A stretch of DNA of 64,000 bases, taken from assembly GCF_024223415.1 (NCBI RefSeq), contig NZ_CP100500.1; one strand, given 5' to 3'. Within the stretch, counting starts at the first letter, position 1, and each line of letters opens with the position of its first letter. The notes under the pieces are model-generated. The model worked only from the letters and a program-made list of their open reading frames with translations. It made no database searches and was not told the DNA's origin. The position numbers were made by a program, and so were the translations under genes. The stretch is from Escherichia coli (lineage in GTDB: Bacteria > Pseudomonadota > Gammaproteobacteria > Enterobacterales > Enterobacteriaceae). Shown here piece after piece: positions 30,838 to 38,247 of the stretch.

Positions 30838-31062
30838 ATGAATCAAAATACACAATTTCAATCACTATCAGATCGCGTAATCCGTGAGGATGAATGCCGT
30901 AAGTTAACAGGAGTGTGCCGCACTACACGCTACGAACTGGAGAAAAAAGGGAGCTTTCCGTCTCGCCGTAATCTTGGTGGGCGTTCTGTAGGTTGGCTGC
31001 TGTCCGAGGTTATGGAATGGGTTAAAAGCCGGGATCGCATTAATTCAGGCAAGGCAGCGTAA
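30838..31062 (+). CDS. alpA: AlpA-family (prophage CP4-57 regulatory / excisionase-like) DNA-binding protein
   Basis: 74 aa with the motif RVIREDECRKLTGVCRTTRYELEKKGSFPSRRNLGGRSVGWLLSEVMEWV, typical of the AlpA/Vis family. Confidence 0.85.
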   Translation: MNQNTQFQSLSDRVIREDECRKLTGVCRTTRYELEKKGSFPSRRNLGGRSVGWLLSEVMEWVKSRDRINSGKAA

Positions 31063-31080
31063 AGGGGAGTATATGACACA

Positions 31081-31109
31081 TAAAACAAAGGCGACCGGGG
31101 GCGGTCGCC
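31081..31109 (-). terminator. Terminator for the leftward two-gene repressor operon (convergent with alpA)
   Basis: The ggcgaccg/cggtcgcc 8-bp stem is followed on the minus strand by TTTGTTTTA. Confidence 0.55.
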
Positions 31110-31200
31110 AATGGGAAAACACTAAACATAAGCCCGGCCATCATAGCGATTTGCTGGCTGGTGGGCAATGTGTCCAGTGTGGTGGCTTGCTGGTGGATTG

Positions 31201-31428
31201 TCAGCCAGGCGGTCGGTTTTTGCCGGATTTAAGCCGCCGTGGGTATTTATCGACAAAATCTTCAAGGGCAAATTTTTCTGGTGGCACTAAGCGCGGCGCT
31301 GGTGGTGGTATTTTTGTTCTGGTTAGTTCTTCCTCAAGTCTGGCGCAGGCTTCTGACTGCCTTTGCCGGATGATTTCATCATCTTGCGTTTGCGTGTCTT
31401 GTATTGGTGATAGTGTGTTGTTGGTCAT
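31201..31428 (-). CDS. Hypothetical 75-aa protein, second gene of the leftward operon
   Basis: ORF downstream of the RHH gene on the same strand, with a weak RBS. It competes with a 336-codon plus-strand ORF that I judge spurious. Confidence 0.45.
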   Translation of the reverse strand: MTNNTLSPIQDTQTQDDEIIRQRQSEACARLEEELTRTKIPPPAPRLVPPEKFALEDFVDKYPRRLKSGKNRPPG

Positions 31429-31485
31429 GATACTGCCCTGTAAAGCAATGCGCCGTAGTACCTCACACCACGGCGCTGATAGTGA

Positions 31486-31683
31486 TTATTCTGATTCTTT
31501 GGCCTTGCGGCGCTGTTCATATTTTAATTTGCGTCCACAGGCATCTAAGACCCATGCGGAAAAATTAGCACTAGGATTAGTTAATTTTTCTTGTTCAACG
31601 CTGGCATCAATCCCATCTATAAGCTCATGTGGGAATCGAATATTTTTCTTTGCTGATTTGTTGTTTGTGTTACCACTAGACAT
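31486..31683 (-). CDS. Small ribbon-helix-helix (Arc/CopG-like) DNA-binding protein, candidate island repressor
   Basis: KKNIRFPHELIDGIDASVEQEK...FSAWVLDACGRKL fits a beta-strand plus two-helix RHH pattern. It has a good RBS (GAGGTG 7 nt upstream) and is divergent from the operator cluster. Confidence 0.6.
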   Translation of the reverse strand: MSSGNTNNKSAKKNIRFPHELIDGIDASVEQEKLTNPSANFSAWVLDACGRKLKYEQRRKAKESE

Positions 31684-31710
31684 TGATGCACCTCACTTAA
31701 ATGGACTTTA

Positions 31711-31790
31711 TGGGCGCACACAATACAGCAAAAAAAGTGAGAAGTTAAGTATTGACATGTGCGCACACATGATTCTAATCTGTGCGCACA
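31711..31790 (+). promoter_or_regulatory. Divergent control region: three TGTGCGCACA palindromic operators overlapping a rightward sigma70-like promoter
   Basis: Perfect palindromes at 31758-31767 and 31781-31790, plus a 9/10 copy at 31711-31720. TTGACA (31752-31757), a 16-bp spacer and TCTAAT (31774-31779) form the promoter. Confidence 0.65.
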
Positions 31791-31882
31791 GTTTGGGTTG
31801 CATTGCTCAAATTAAGCAACGCCCCGCAGTGCTCGCAACACATGCAGGGCGTCTAACCAAACCGTTAATAGGAGTAACGATT

Positions 31883-32083
31883 ATGGCTGGAACACAGCAT
31901 ACCCCACGCCTTGCGCACACACAAACCGCCTTTGTGTGGCGTTTTCTGGCACTGAGTGCCGGAGAATCTCAAATTATCCACGTAACCGCCTGGACGGAAC
32001 GCGAAGCGCGTAACCGTTGCCCGTCCGGTTGTGTCGCTGTATTCGCCGCCCGTATCCGTCAGGGGGAAACCTATGCACAATAA
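31883..32083 (+). CDS. Icd-like (P4 host cell division inhibitor-like) small protein
   Basis: 66 aa, MAGTQHTPRLAHTQTAFVWRFLALSAGESQIIHVTAWTEREARNRCPSGCVAVFAARIRQ. It has an AGGAG RBS. It resembles the family annotated Icd-like in P4-type islands (from memory). Confidence 0.6.
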   Translation: MAGTQHTPRLAHTQTAFVWRFLALSAGESQIIHVTAWTEREARNRCPSGCVAVFAARIRQGETYAQ

Positions 32084-32303
32084 AACAACACCGGACGCAG
32101 CAGAAGAAGCAATGCAAATACTGATACGTGCGCTCGTTGATGTTACCCACATGGTGGAGATTATGGAGAGAAAATCACAGTCGGAGCACGACAAAAGAAA
32201 ACTTAAAACAATAAAAATAATTGCCAAAAACTCGCTGATAAAAGTTACAGACATCCTTAATGAGGACATTAAAAGAATCAGGGAGAAAGTGTGTGATGCA
32301 TAA
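32073..32303 (+). CDS. Hypothetical 76-aa helical protein
   Basis: The start ATG overlaps the icd-like stop (ATGCACAATAA) and has an AGGGGGA RBS. Confidence 0.5.
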   Translation: MHNKTTPDAAEEAMQILIRALVDVTHMVEIMERKSQSEHDKRKLKTIKIIAKNSLIKVTDILNEDIKRIREKVCDA

Positions 32304-32523
32304 AATACCTTTTGATGTTCTTATTCATTCTGAAAACGCATTAATCCGTGCAAAGGAAATGGACGCATTACTACTTAAGTTAATTGATGTGCCGGAAAGT
32401 GGCGATGAATCTGATTCAATAATGTTTTCTGCCGTGCGTACGCTATTAACGCATGTTATTAATGAATTAAATACAGTGATGGCAATTCACGAGAATAATA
32501 AAGCGCAGCACACCGGAGAATAA
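32296..32523 (+). CDS. Hypothetical 75-aa protein
   Basis: The start overlaps the previous stop (ATGCATAA) and has a GGGAGA RBS. Confidence 0.5.
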   Translation: MHKIPFDVLIHSENALIRAKEMDALLLKLIDVPESGDESDSIMFSAVRTLLTHVINELNTVMAIHENNKAQHTGE

Positions 32524-32528
32524 AAACC

Positions 32529-32828
32529 ATGAAAAATAAAAATTCTGGCGTTAATGCCAGCGGCCCCGCTCGGCCTGAATTTATGAACGGCGATATTTAC
32601 CGCGACCAGTACGGCGGCACGGTAACGATTAAAGGCGTGGAGGAACGGCGCATCACTTACCGCCGTGAAGGCTACGAATATGATTGCGTGATGCCTGTTT
32701 ATCAGTTCCGGCGTGATTTTTCTCTGGTACAGGCAGCGCCCCGCAGTAAACCAACCAGCAGGGAGAAAGCACGCGCCAATATTCAGGAAATAAAAAAGAT
32801 GCTTAACGTATTCAGGGGTAAAAAATGA
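32529..32828 (+). CDS. Hypothetical 99-aa protein (DUF4222-like, common in enterobacterial prophage-like elements)
   Basis: The motif GDIYRDQYGGTVTIKGVEERRITYR supports the family assignment, which is from memory only. Confidence 0.5.
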   Translation: MKNKNSGVNASGPARPEFMNGDIYRDQYGGTVTIKGVEERRITYRREGYEYDCVMPVYQFRRDFSLVQAAPRSKPTSREKARANIQEIKKMLNVFRGKK

Positions 32829-34573
32829 AACTGGCACCGAACGTAAAAAAACAGCCGCGTGGAATAAAACACAAAGACACAGAGGTGATTATCTTTGCGG
32901 GTAGTGATGCCTGGGCGCACGCGAAACAGTGGCAGGAACAGGACGGCCCCGCATCCGGCGATGATGTGCCGCCTGTGTGGCTCGGGCCAAATCAGCTTGC
33001 TGAACTGGATGCACTGAAAATTGTACCGGAGGGAAAAAAACGCGTAAGGCTGTACAGGGCCGGAGAACTGGATTTGGTGGAGACCAAAAAGATTGGTCAG
33101 AAGCTGGCGGCGGCAGATATTCAGGATGCGAATTTTTACTCTGAAGGAATGCACGGCCAGAAGGTGCAGAACTGGCGGCGCTATCTGAGTGCTGAGCGTG
33201 AAAATATTGCCGCAGGGCTTACCATGCCGGAACAGAAAAAAGCACAACTTTCACAGATGGCAGACAGTGAACGGGCACAGCTTCTTTCTTCCCGCTTTGA
33301 TGGTGTCTGCGTCCATGCAGAAAGTGAAATCGTTCACGTATGGCGCGGCGGGGTATGGTGTCCGGTCAGCACAATGGAACTTAGCCGCGAAATGGTGGCG
33401 ATCTATTCAGAGCACAGGGCCACTTTCAGCAAGCGCGTAATCAATAACGCCGTGGAAGCGTTAAAAGTTATTGCCGAACCAATGGGCGAGCCGTCCGGCG
33501 ATTTGCTGCCGTTCGCCAATGGTGCGCTTGACCTGAAAACGGGGGAATTTTCCCCGCACACGCCGGAGAACTGGATCACCACGCACAACGGCATTGAGTA
33601 CACGCCACCAGCACCAGGGGAGAATATCTGCGACAACGCGCCAAACTTTCATAAATGGCTTGAGCACGCAGCCGGAAAAGACCCGCGCAAGATGATGCGT
33701 ATATGTGCCGCGCTGTACATGATTATGGCGAACCGGTACGACTGGCAGATGTTTATTGAGGCCACCGGAGACGGCGGGAGCGGCAAAAGTACATTCACAC
33801 ACATAGCCAGCCTTCTGGCAGGGAAACAGAACACGGTAAGCGCTGAGATGACATCGCTTGATGATGCTGGTGGGCGTGCGCAGGTTGTCGGGAGTCGGCT
33901 TATTGTCCTGGCAGACCAGCCGAAATATACAGGCGAAGGAACGGGCATCAAGAAAATCACGGGCGGAGACCCCGTGGAAATAAACCCGAAATATGAGAAG
34001 CGTTTTACGGCGGTAATCAGGGCGGTGGTGCTGGCTACCAACAATAACCCGATGATATTCACCGAACGGGCCGGAGGTGTGTCACGTCGTCGCGTAATTT
34101 TCCGTTTCGACAATATCGTCAGTGAGGCTGAAAAAGACAGGGAGCTACCGGAAAAGATTGCGGCTGAAATCCCTGTCATTATCCGCCGCTTGCTGGCGAA
34201 CTTTGCCGACCCTGAAAAGGCACGGGCTTTACTCATTGAACAGCGAGACGGTGATGAAGCTCTGGCAATAAAGCAACAGACGGATCCGGTTATTGAGTTT
34301 TGCCAGTTTCTGAATTTTCTGGAGGAAGCGCGCGGCCTGATGATGGGCGGCGGCGGTGACTCTTCCAGGTACACGACCAGAAACAGCCTTTACCGCGTCT
34401 ATCTGGCGTTTATGGCGTATGCAGGCAGGAGCAAACCGCTAAACGTAAATGACTTTGGCAAGGCTATGAAGCCAGCGGCGAAAGTTTACGGACATGAATA
34501 TATAACGCGCAGGATTAAAGGGTTTACGCAAACCAACGTGACAACAACAGACGACTGCGACGCGTTTTTATAA
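32825..34573 (+). CDS. Replication initiator/helicase, phage-plasmid primase P4-family C-terminal type (SF3 helicase); primase activity of the N-terminus is uncertain
   Basis: NGALDLKTGEF motif, Walker A GDGGSGKST and Walker B LIVLAD. ATGA overlap with the upstream gene. Iterons lie immediately downstream. Confidence 0.85.
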   Translation: MKLAPNVKKQPRGIKHKDTEVIIFAGSDAWAHAKQWQEQDGPASGDDVPPVWLGPNQLAELDALKIVPEGKKRVRLYRAGELDLVETKKIGQKLAAADIQDANFYSEGMHGQKVQNWRRYLSAERENIAAGLTMPEQKKAQLSQMADSERAQLLSSRFDGVCVHAESEIVHVWRGGVWCPVSTMELSREMVAIYSEHRATFSKRVINNAVEALKVIAEPMGEPSGDLLPFANGALDLKTGEFSPHTPENWITTHNGIEYTPPAPGENICDNAPNFHKWLEHAAGKDPRKMMRICAALYMIMANRYDWQMFIEATGDGGSGKSTFTHIASLLAGKQNTVSAEMTSLDDAGGRAQVVGSRLIVLADQPKYTGEGTGIKKITGGDPVEINPKYEKRFTAVIRAVVLATNNNPMIFTERAGGVSRRRVIFRFDNIVSEAEKDRELPEKIAAEIPVIIRRLLANFADPEKARALLIEQRDGDEALAIKQQTDPVIEFCQFLNFLEEARGLMMGGGGDSSRYTTRNSLYRVYLAFMAYAGRSKPLNVNDFGKAMKPAAKVYGHEYITRRIKGFTQTNVTTTDDCDAFL

Positions 34574-34586
34574 TTTTTTGTAATTG

Positions 34587-34814
34587 CTGTCTACCCTGTC
34601 TACCTGAGTAAAGAAAAATACATTTAATTCAGTGCATTAAGTTAGGTAGATAGCCTTTTTTTACTGTCTACCCACTATCTACCCTCTCTACCTGATTTTA
34701 CCAGAATCAGACAGGGAGGTAGACACGGGGTAGATAGTGGATAAAAGCACTCTACCCCGCTGAAAGCCGCGCCATTACTGGCATGAGGGCCACTAAGGTA
34801 GGTAAGGTAGACAA
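34587..34814. other. Candidate island replication origin: iteron cluster (C)TGTCTACC / GGTAGA(C/T)A
   Basis: Direct copies at 34587, 34596, 34664, 34675, 34684 and 34751. Inverted copies at 34645, 34718, 34729 and 34806. The cluster lies in the 288-bp non-coding gap after the replicase gene. Confidence 0.75.
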
Positions 34815-34861
34815 GGGGAGGCACAACTCAAAACTTTTTAAACGAGGGGGTAAAAATAAAA

Positions 34862-35119
34862 ATGCACACATCAGAAAAATTTAACAATCAGAAGAAATCA
34901 CATAACCGCGCCATTGACCTTACAGAGCACTGGCTGAGGGTGGCGATAAAAATCATCGACCGCAACGCGGGAGAAGGATACGCGAAAGCACATCCCGAAC
35001 TGATAAGCGCATTCATGACCACAGCGGCGGCAAACTTTGCCACGTTGACAGAACGGGAGATTGCCGAAGCGGAACAGGTGACAACCATCAATGTTAAAAC
35101 CGGAGAGCAGACAGCATGA
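34862..35119 (+). CDS. Hypothetical 85-aa protein
   Basis: ORF with a GAGGGGG RBS. Its stop overlaps the ssb start. Confidence 0.5.
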   Translation: MHTSEKFNNQKKSHNRAIDLTEHWLRVAIKIIDRNAGEGYAKAHPELISAFMTTAAANFATLTEREIAEAEQVTTINVKTGEQTA

Positions 35120-35526
35120 CAGCACAGATAGCGGCTTACGGGCGGCTGGTGGACGACCCGCAGACAAAACAGACCAGCAAGGGAACACCGATGACGCTGG
35201 CACGTATGGCGGTATCGCTGCCATGCAGCCAGGCACAGGATGGACAGGCGACGTTATGGCTATCGGTCATCGCATTTGGTAAGCAGGCCGACTTCCTGGC
35301 TAAACATCAAAAAGGCGACGTTGCCAGCGTATCCGGCACGATGCAGGTCAGCCAGTGGACCGGACAGAACGGGGAAACGCGGCAGGGTTATCAGGTTATT
35401 GCAGACAGCGTAATCAGTGCCCGTGCGGCACGTCCTGGCGGGAACAGACGCAAAACCACAGGCACACAGGGTAATCAGCCACCAGCGGGAGGCGATGACC
35501 CTTACGGTGATGATATTCCGTTCTGA
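35116..35526 (+). CDS. ssb: Single-stranded DNA-binding protein
   Basis: OB-fold-like N-terminus, a Gly/Pro/Gln-rich linker and the canonical acidic tip DDIPF at the C-terminus. Confidence 0.85.
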   Translation: MTAQIAAYGRLVDDPQTKQTSKGTPMTLARMAVSLPCSQAQDGQATLWLSVIAFGKQADFLAKHQKGDVASVSGTMQVSQWTGQNGETRQGYQVIADSVISARAARPGGNRRKTTGTQGNQPPAGGDDPYGDDIPF

Positions 35527-35536
35527 GGGGGTGACG

Positions 35537-35809
35537 ATGGTACATGACCGGATAGCGGAGGAACTGGAGGCGAAAGGATTTTACCGGAGGGCGGCCGCGC
35601 GATGGGGTGAAGTTATGAGGCTGGTGAGCACTGACAAGGAGCGCGAACAGGTGGCAATGCGACGGCTGGAATGTTCACAGAAGGCACAGAGGCCACCGGA
35701 GCCGCCGGATGATTTAGGCGCTCTGAAAAGGTCAGTTAATCGCACTGAAAAACAAATGGGGATAGCTGGTATTGGCAAAGCAATATGGCGCAACTACCCG
35801 CAGAAGTGA
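35537..35809 (+). CDS. PerC-family-like transcriptional regulator (90 aa)
   Basis: MVHDRIAEELEAKGFYRRAAARWGEVM resembles the PerC/Pch N-terminal signature (from memory). The start was chosen at the ATG with a GGGGGTGA RBS, not the longer ORF-track form. Confidence 0.55.
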   Translation: MVHDRIAEELEAKGFYRRAAARWGEVMRLVSTDKEREQVAMRRLECSQKAQRPPEPPDDLGALKRSVNRTEKQMGIAGIGKAIWRNYPQK

Positions 35810-35815
35810 GCACAC

Positions 35816-35839
35816 AGCCGGAGCAATCCGGCTTTTTTG
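35816..35839 (+). terminator. Rho-independent terminator ending the replication/regulation operon
   Basis: agccgga-gcaa-tccggct followed by TTTTTG. Confidence 0.75.
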
Positions 35840-35844
35840 CACCC

Positions 35845-35889
35845 AAAAAAAGCCCGATAAGTACAGGAGGCATCTTATCGGGCTTTTGC
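35845..35889. terminator. Second, bidirectional-looking hairpin terminator
   Basis: AAAAAAA-gcccgataag...cttatcgggc-TTTTG. Confidence 0.6.
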
Positions 35890-35966
35890 ATATGAGGTTT
35901 TTTTTGGTGCACTGACACACATGATCGGGATAATCATTTCATAATTTGCAACGTAACTCAATATTG

Positions 35967-36016
35967 TTGCGCAAAATGCAATCATGATTATAATCAGGAC
36001 TGGATGAACATCCAGT
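35967..36016 (+). promoter_or_regulatory. Candidate promoter of the capsid operon, followed by a perfect hairpin/palindrome
   Basis: TTGCGC (35967-35972), a 16-bp spacer and a perfect TATAAT (35989-35994) inside the palindrome TGATTATAATCA. This is followed by ACTGGATG-AA-CATCCAGT (35999-36016). Confidence 0.5.
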
Positions 36017-36050
36017 TATGATTTTTTAAGTCAAAGAGGAATTTCTGACT

Positions 36051-36257
36051 ATGGCAGAAGAGAAAAAAGGCGGGGTGACGGTCTACATAAGCCCCGACAT
36101 CGTGGAGGCGCTCAAGGAACGCCACCAGCAGAATGTAAAAGCAGGCATTGCGGCAGGACTTGATCCGCTGGCGATGGTTGAGCCGTCAACAGGCTGGCAG
36201 GTGCGTACCTATTTACGTGCGGCGCTGGGTATCAATCAGGTTCACGGAGGTGAATAA
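36051..36257 (+). CDS. Hypothetical 68-aa protein, first gene of the capsid module
   Basis: AGAGGA RBS. Its stop overlaps the capsid gene start (TAATG). Confidence 0.55.
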   Translation: MAEEKKGGVTVYISPDIVEALKERHQQNVKAGIAAGLDPLAMVEPSTGWQVRTYLRAALGINQVHGGE

Positions 36258-37312
36258 TGACAGGCAAAGCAACGGCACTTACAACTAACCAGCTTTTCGC
36301 GTACCTGAATCGCGGGGATATTTCGGAATTAAAATTCAGTCCGCTGTTTACCACGCTGTTTTTCCCGAACGTGGCGACCTTCAACACCCAAAACATCATG
36401 CTGGACACCCTGGACATTGAAGAGGTTACGATGTCAGCGTTCTGTTCGCCTATGGTGGGTAGTCAGGTCCAGCGCGATAAAGGGTACGAAACCAGCACAA
36501 TCAAACCTGGCTACATGAAGCCAAAGCACGAAATCGATCCAACAAAGACCATCATGCGCATGGCTGGAGAAGATCCGGCACAGCTTAACGACCCAACCTA
36601 TCGCCGTATGCGCCTGATTACTGGCAACATGCGCCGCCAGGTAAACGCCATTAAAGCGCGTGTTGAATGGCTGGCGGTGAATGCGGTAACGACCGGAAAA
36701 AACATCATTGAGGGCGAAGGCATAGAACGCTATGAAATCGACTGGAAAATACCGGAAAACTGCATCATACAGCAGGCCAGTGGTAAAAAATGGTCCCAGC
36801 AGGATAAAGACATGCACGACCCAATCTATGACATCGAGCTTTATGCTGATCAGGCAGGTTGCCCCGCCAACGTCATGATTATGGGCGGTGAGGTATGGCG
36901 CACATTACGCAGCTTTAAAAAATTCCGTGAACTGTACGATCTTTCCCGTGGATCAGAATCCGCCGCCGAGCTGGCCTGTAAAAACCTGGGCGAAGTGGTG
37001 AGCTTTAAAGGCTATCTTGGTGATCTGGCCCTTATCGTCTATTCCGGCAAATACACTGACAGCGACGGCACCGAAAAATATTTCCTTGAGCCTGATTTGC
37101 TGGTCCTGGGTAACACCAATAATAAAGGGCTGGTGGCATATGGTGCGATTATGGATCAGGAAGCGGTAAGAACGGGCGCAACGCAAAACATGTACTACCC
37201 GAAAAACTGGATTGAGGACGGCGATCCGGCGATTGAGTACGTGCAGACGCACAGCGCACCGCAGCCGGTACCGGCAGATATTCGCAAATTTGTTACCGTC
37301 AAAATTGCTTAA
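36257..37312 (+). CDS. Major capsid protein, lambda gpE family
   Basis: Collinear similarity to lambda gpE as recalled: PGYMKPKHEIDP vs PGYVKPKHEVNP, DPTYRRMRL vs DPAYRRRRI, and YPKNWIEDGDPAIEYVQTHSAP vs YPKNWVTTGDPAREFTMIQSAP. Length is 351 aa against 341 aa for gpE. Confidence 0.88.
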   Translation: MTGKATALTTNQLFAYLNRGDISELKFSPLFTTLFFPNVATFNTQNIMLDTLDIEEVTMSAFCSPMVGSQVQRDKGYETSTIKPGYMKPKHEIDPTKTIMRMAGEDPAQLNDPTYRRMRLITGNMRRQVNAIKARVEWLAVNAVTTGKNIIEGEGIERYEIDWKIPENCIIQQASGKKWSQQDKDMHDPIYDIELYADQAGCPANVMIMGGEVWRTLRSFKKFRELYDLSRGSESAAELACKNLGEVVSFKGYLGDLALIVYSGKYTDSDGTEKYFLEPDLLVLGNTNNKGLVAYGAIMDQEAVRTGATQNMYYPKNWIEDGDPAIEYVQTHSAPQPVPADIRKFVTVKIA

Positions 37313-37323
37313 CGGGGGATTCT

Positions 37324-37659
37324 ATGGACGCTCCATATATTGAGTTATTTGCAGGCAGCCAGCAGGTATCCACGACGCTGGTACATTTTGCCGCTGATGC
37401 TGGCGTTATTCAGGAATTTACCCCGCTGATGCTGGCAGACAATGGCGAGTTTAAGGCGTGGGATGGTCAGGAATCTGGCAAAGCTGTTTATCTGACTTCG
37501 CACCCCGTGGACACGTCAAAGCAGAAATCAGCACAGTGTTACAAAACGGGGATATTCAATATTGCCGCCGTTAACTGGCCTGACAGCGTCGACACCGATG
37601 CGAAAAAATGCGCCGCCTTTGCGGGTTCCGGCGTATCCGTTCAGCCGCTGGCCCGATAA
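37324..37659 (+). CDS. Head decoration protein, lambda gpD-like
   Basis: 111 aa. FTPLMLADNGEFKAWDG vs lambda MTPLMLDTSSRKLVAWDG, and YKTGIFNIAAVNWP...KKCAAFAGSGVSV vs YKSGTFRYEDVLWP...KKRTAFAGTAISI. Confidence 0.8.
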   Translation: MDAPYIELFAGSQQVSTTLVHFAADAGVIQEFTPLMLADNGEFKAWDGQESGKAVYLTSHPVDTSKQKSAQCYKTGIFNIAAVNWPDSVDTDAKKCAAFAGSGVSVQPLAR

Positions 37660-37671
37660 GCAGGGGGAACG

Positions 37672-38085
37672 ATGGCAACGAATGAAAGTATCATGACGCT
37701 ACCGCTGGCGAGTAAATTTAAAGCCGAAGCGCGGGCAATGGCTGACAGAGGTTTATCAACCTACGAGGCCATACACCGACTAAACAAACTGGAAGAACAG
37801 GACAAGCCGCGCGCTGATGCGATTATGGCGCTTCATGAATCTGACGACTACCAGCCGCTGTTACGTGCAATGGCTAACGTGCCTTGTATCGATGTTGGTA
37901 CGGCTAAAAGCATCCTTAGCATGACCATAGAGCAGGAACGCCCGAAGGTTGCACCAGAGCTTACTTCAGCCTTTGAAAACTTTATGGACATGCACAGCCC
38001 GAAAGCCGTATCAGCTGGCATGGCATACGATGGCAGAACCCCGTGCGATGACGGCGACATCGACCGCATACTGAAAACCATCTGA
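37672..38085 (+). CDS. Hypothetical 137-aa protein in the capsid module (function unknown; a scaffold or size-determination role is only a guess)
   Basis: ORF with a GGGGGA RBS, last gene before the terminator and cos site. Confidence 0.55.
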   Translation: MATNESIMTLPLASKFKAEARAMADRGLSTYEAIHRLNKLEEQDKPRADAIMALHESDDYQPLLRAMANVPCIDVGTAKSILSMTIEQERPKVAPELTSAFENFMDMHSPKAVSAGMAYDGRTPCDDGDIDRILKTI

Positions 38086-38090
38086 GACAA

Positions 38091-38114
38091 GGCCGGAGAA
38101 ATCCGGCTTTTTTT
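38091..38114 (+). terminator. Rho-independent terminator after the capsid module
   Basis: ggccgga-gaaa-tccggc followed by TTTTTTT. Confidence 0.75.
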
Positions 38115-38116
38115 GC

Positions 38117-38190
38117 GGGTCCTTTCCGGCATGTGGACCCGTTACGGGGCGTCGACCTCGCACGTTTTCGCTATTTATGACGTTTTTCCG
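38117..38190 (+). other. cos site 1 (plus orientation): lambda-like cosQ-cosN and the beginning of cosB
   Basis: gggtcctttccgg...cccgttacGGGCGTCGACCTcgcacgttttcgctatttatga matches recalled lambda gggtcctttccgg...ggttacgGGGCGGCGACCTcgcgggttttcgctatttatga. The 12-nt overhang equivalent is at 38147-38158 (11/12 identical to lambda). Confidence 0.8.
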
Positions 38191-38247
38191 TGAAGGTGAC
38201 ACCACCACCACTTGATTAATATTTAACCATGTAGTTAAGGTAACATT

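Noticed and set aside
31073-32083. 336-codon plus-strand ORF spanning the alpA-to-icd-like interval
   Set aside because: Its translation is low-complexity and atypical (Gly/Ser/Cys-rich). It runs straight through a terminator hairpin, the operator/promoter cluster and two better-supported minus-strand genes with RBSs. Only its last 66 codons (31883-32083, with their own AGGAG RBS) look like a real, Icd-like gene.
33649-34374. 241-aa minus-strand ORF
   Set aside because: It is antisense to the replicase gene, which carries clear Walker A/B motifs. The translation is Ser/Arg/Pro-rich, as shadow frames usually are.
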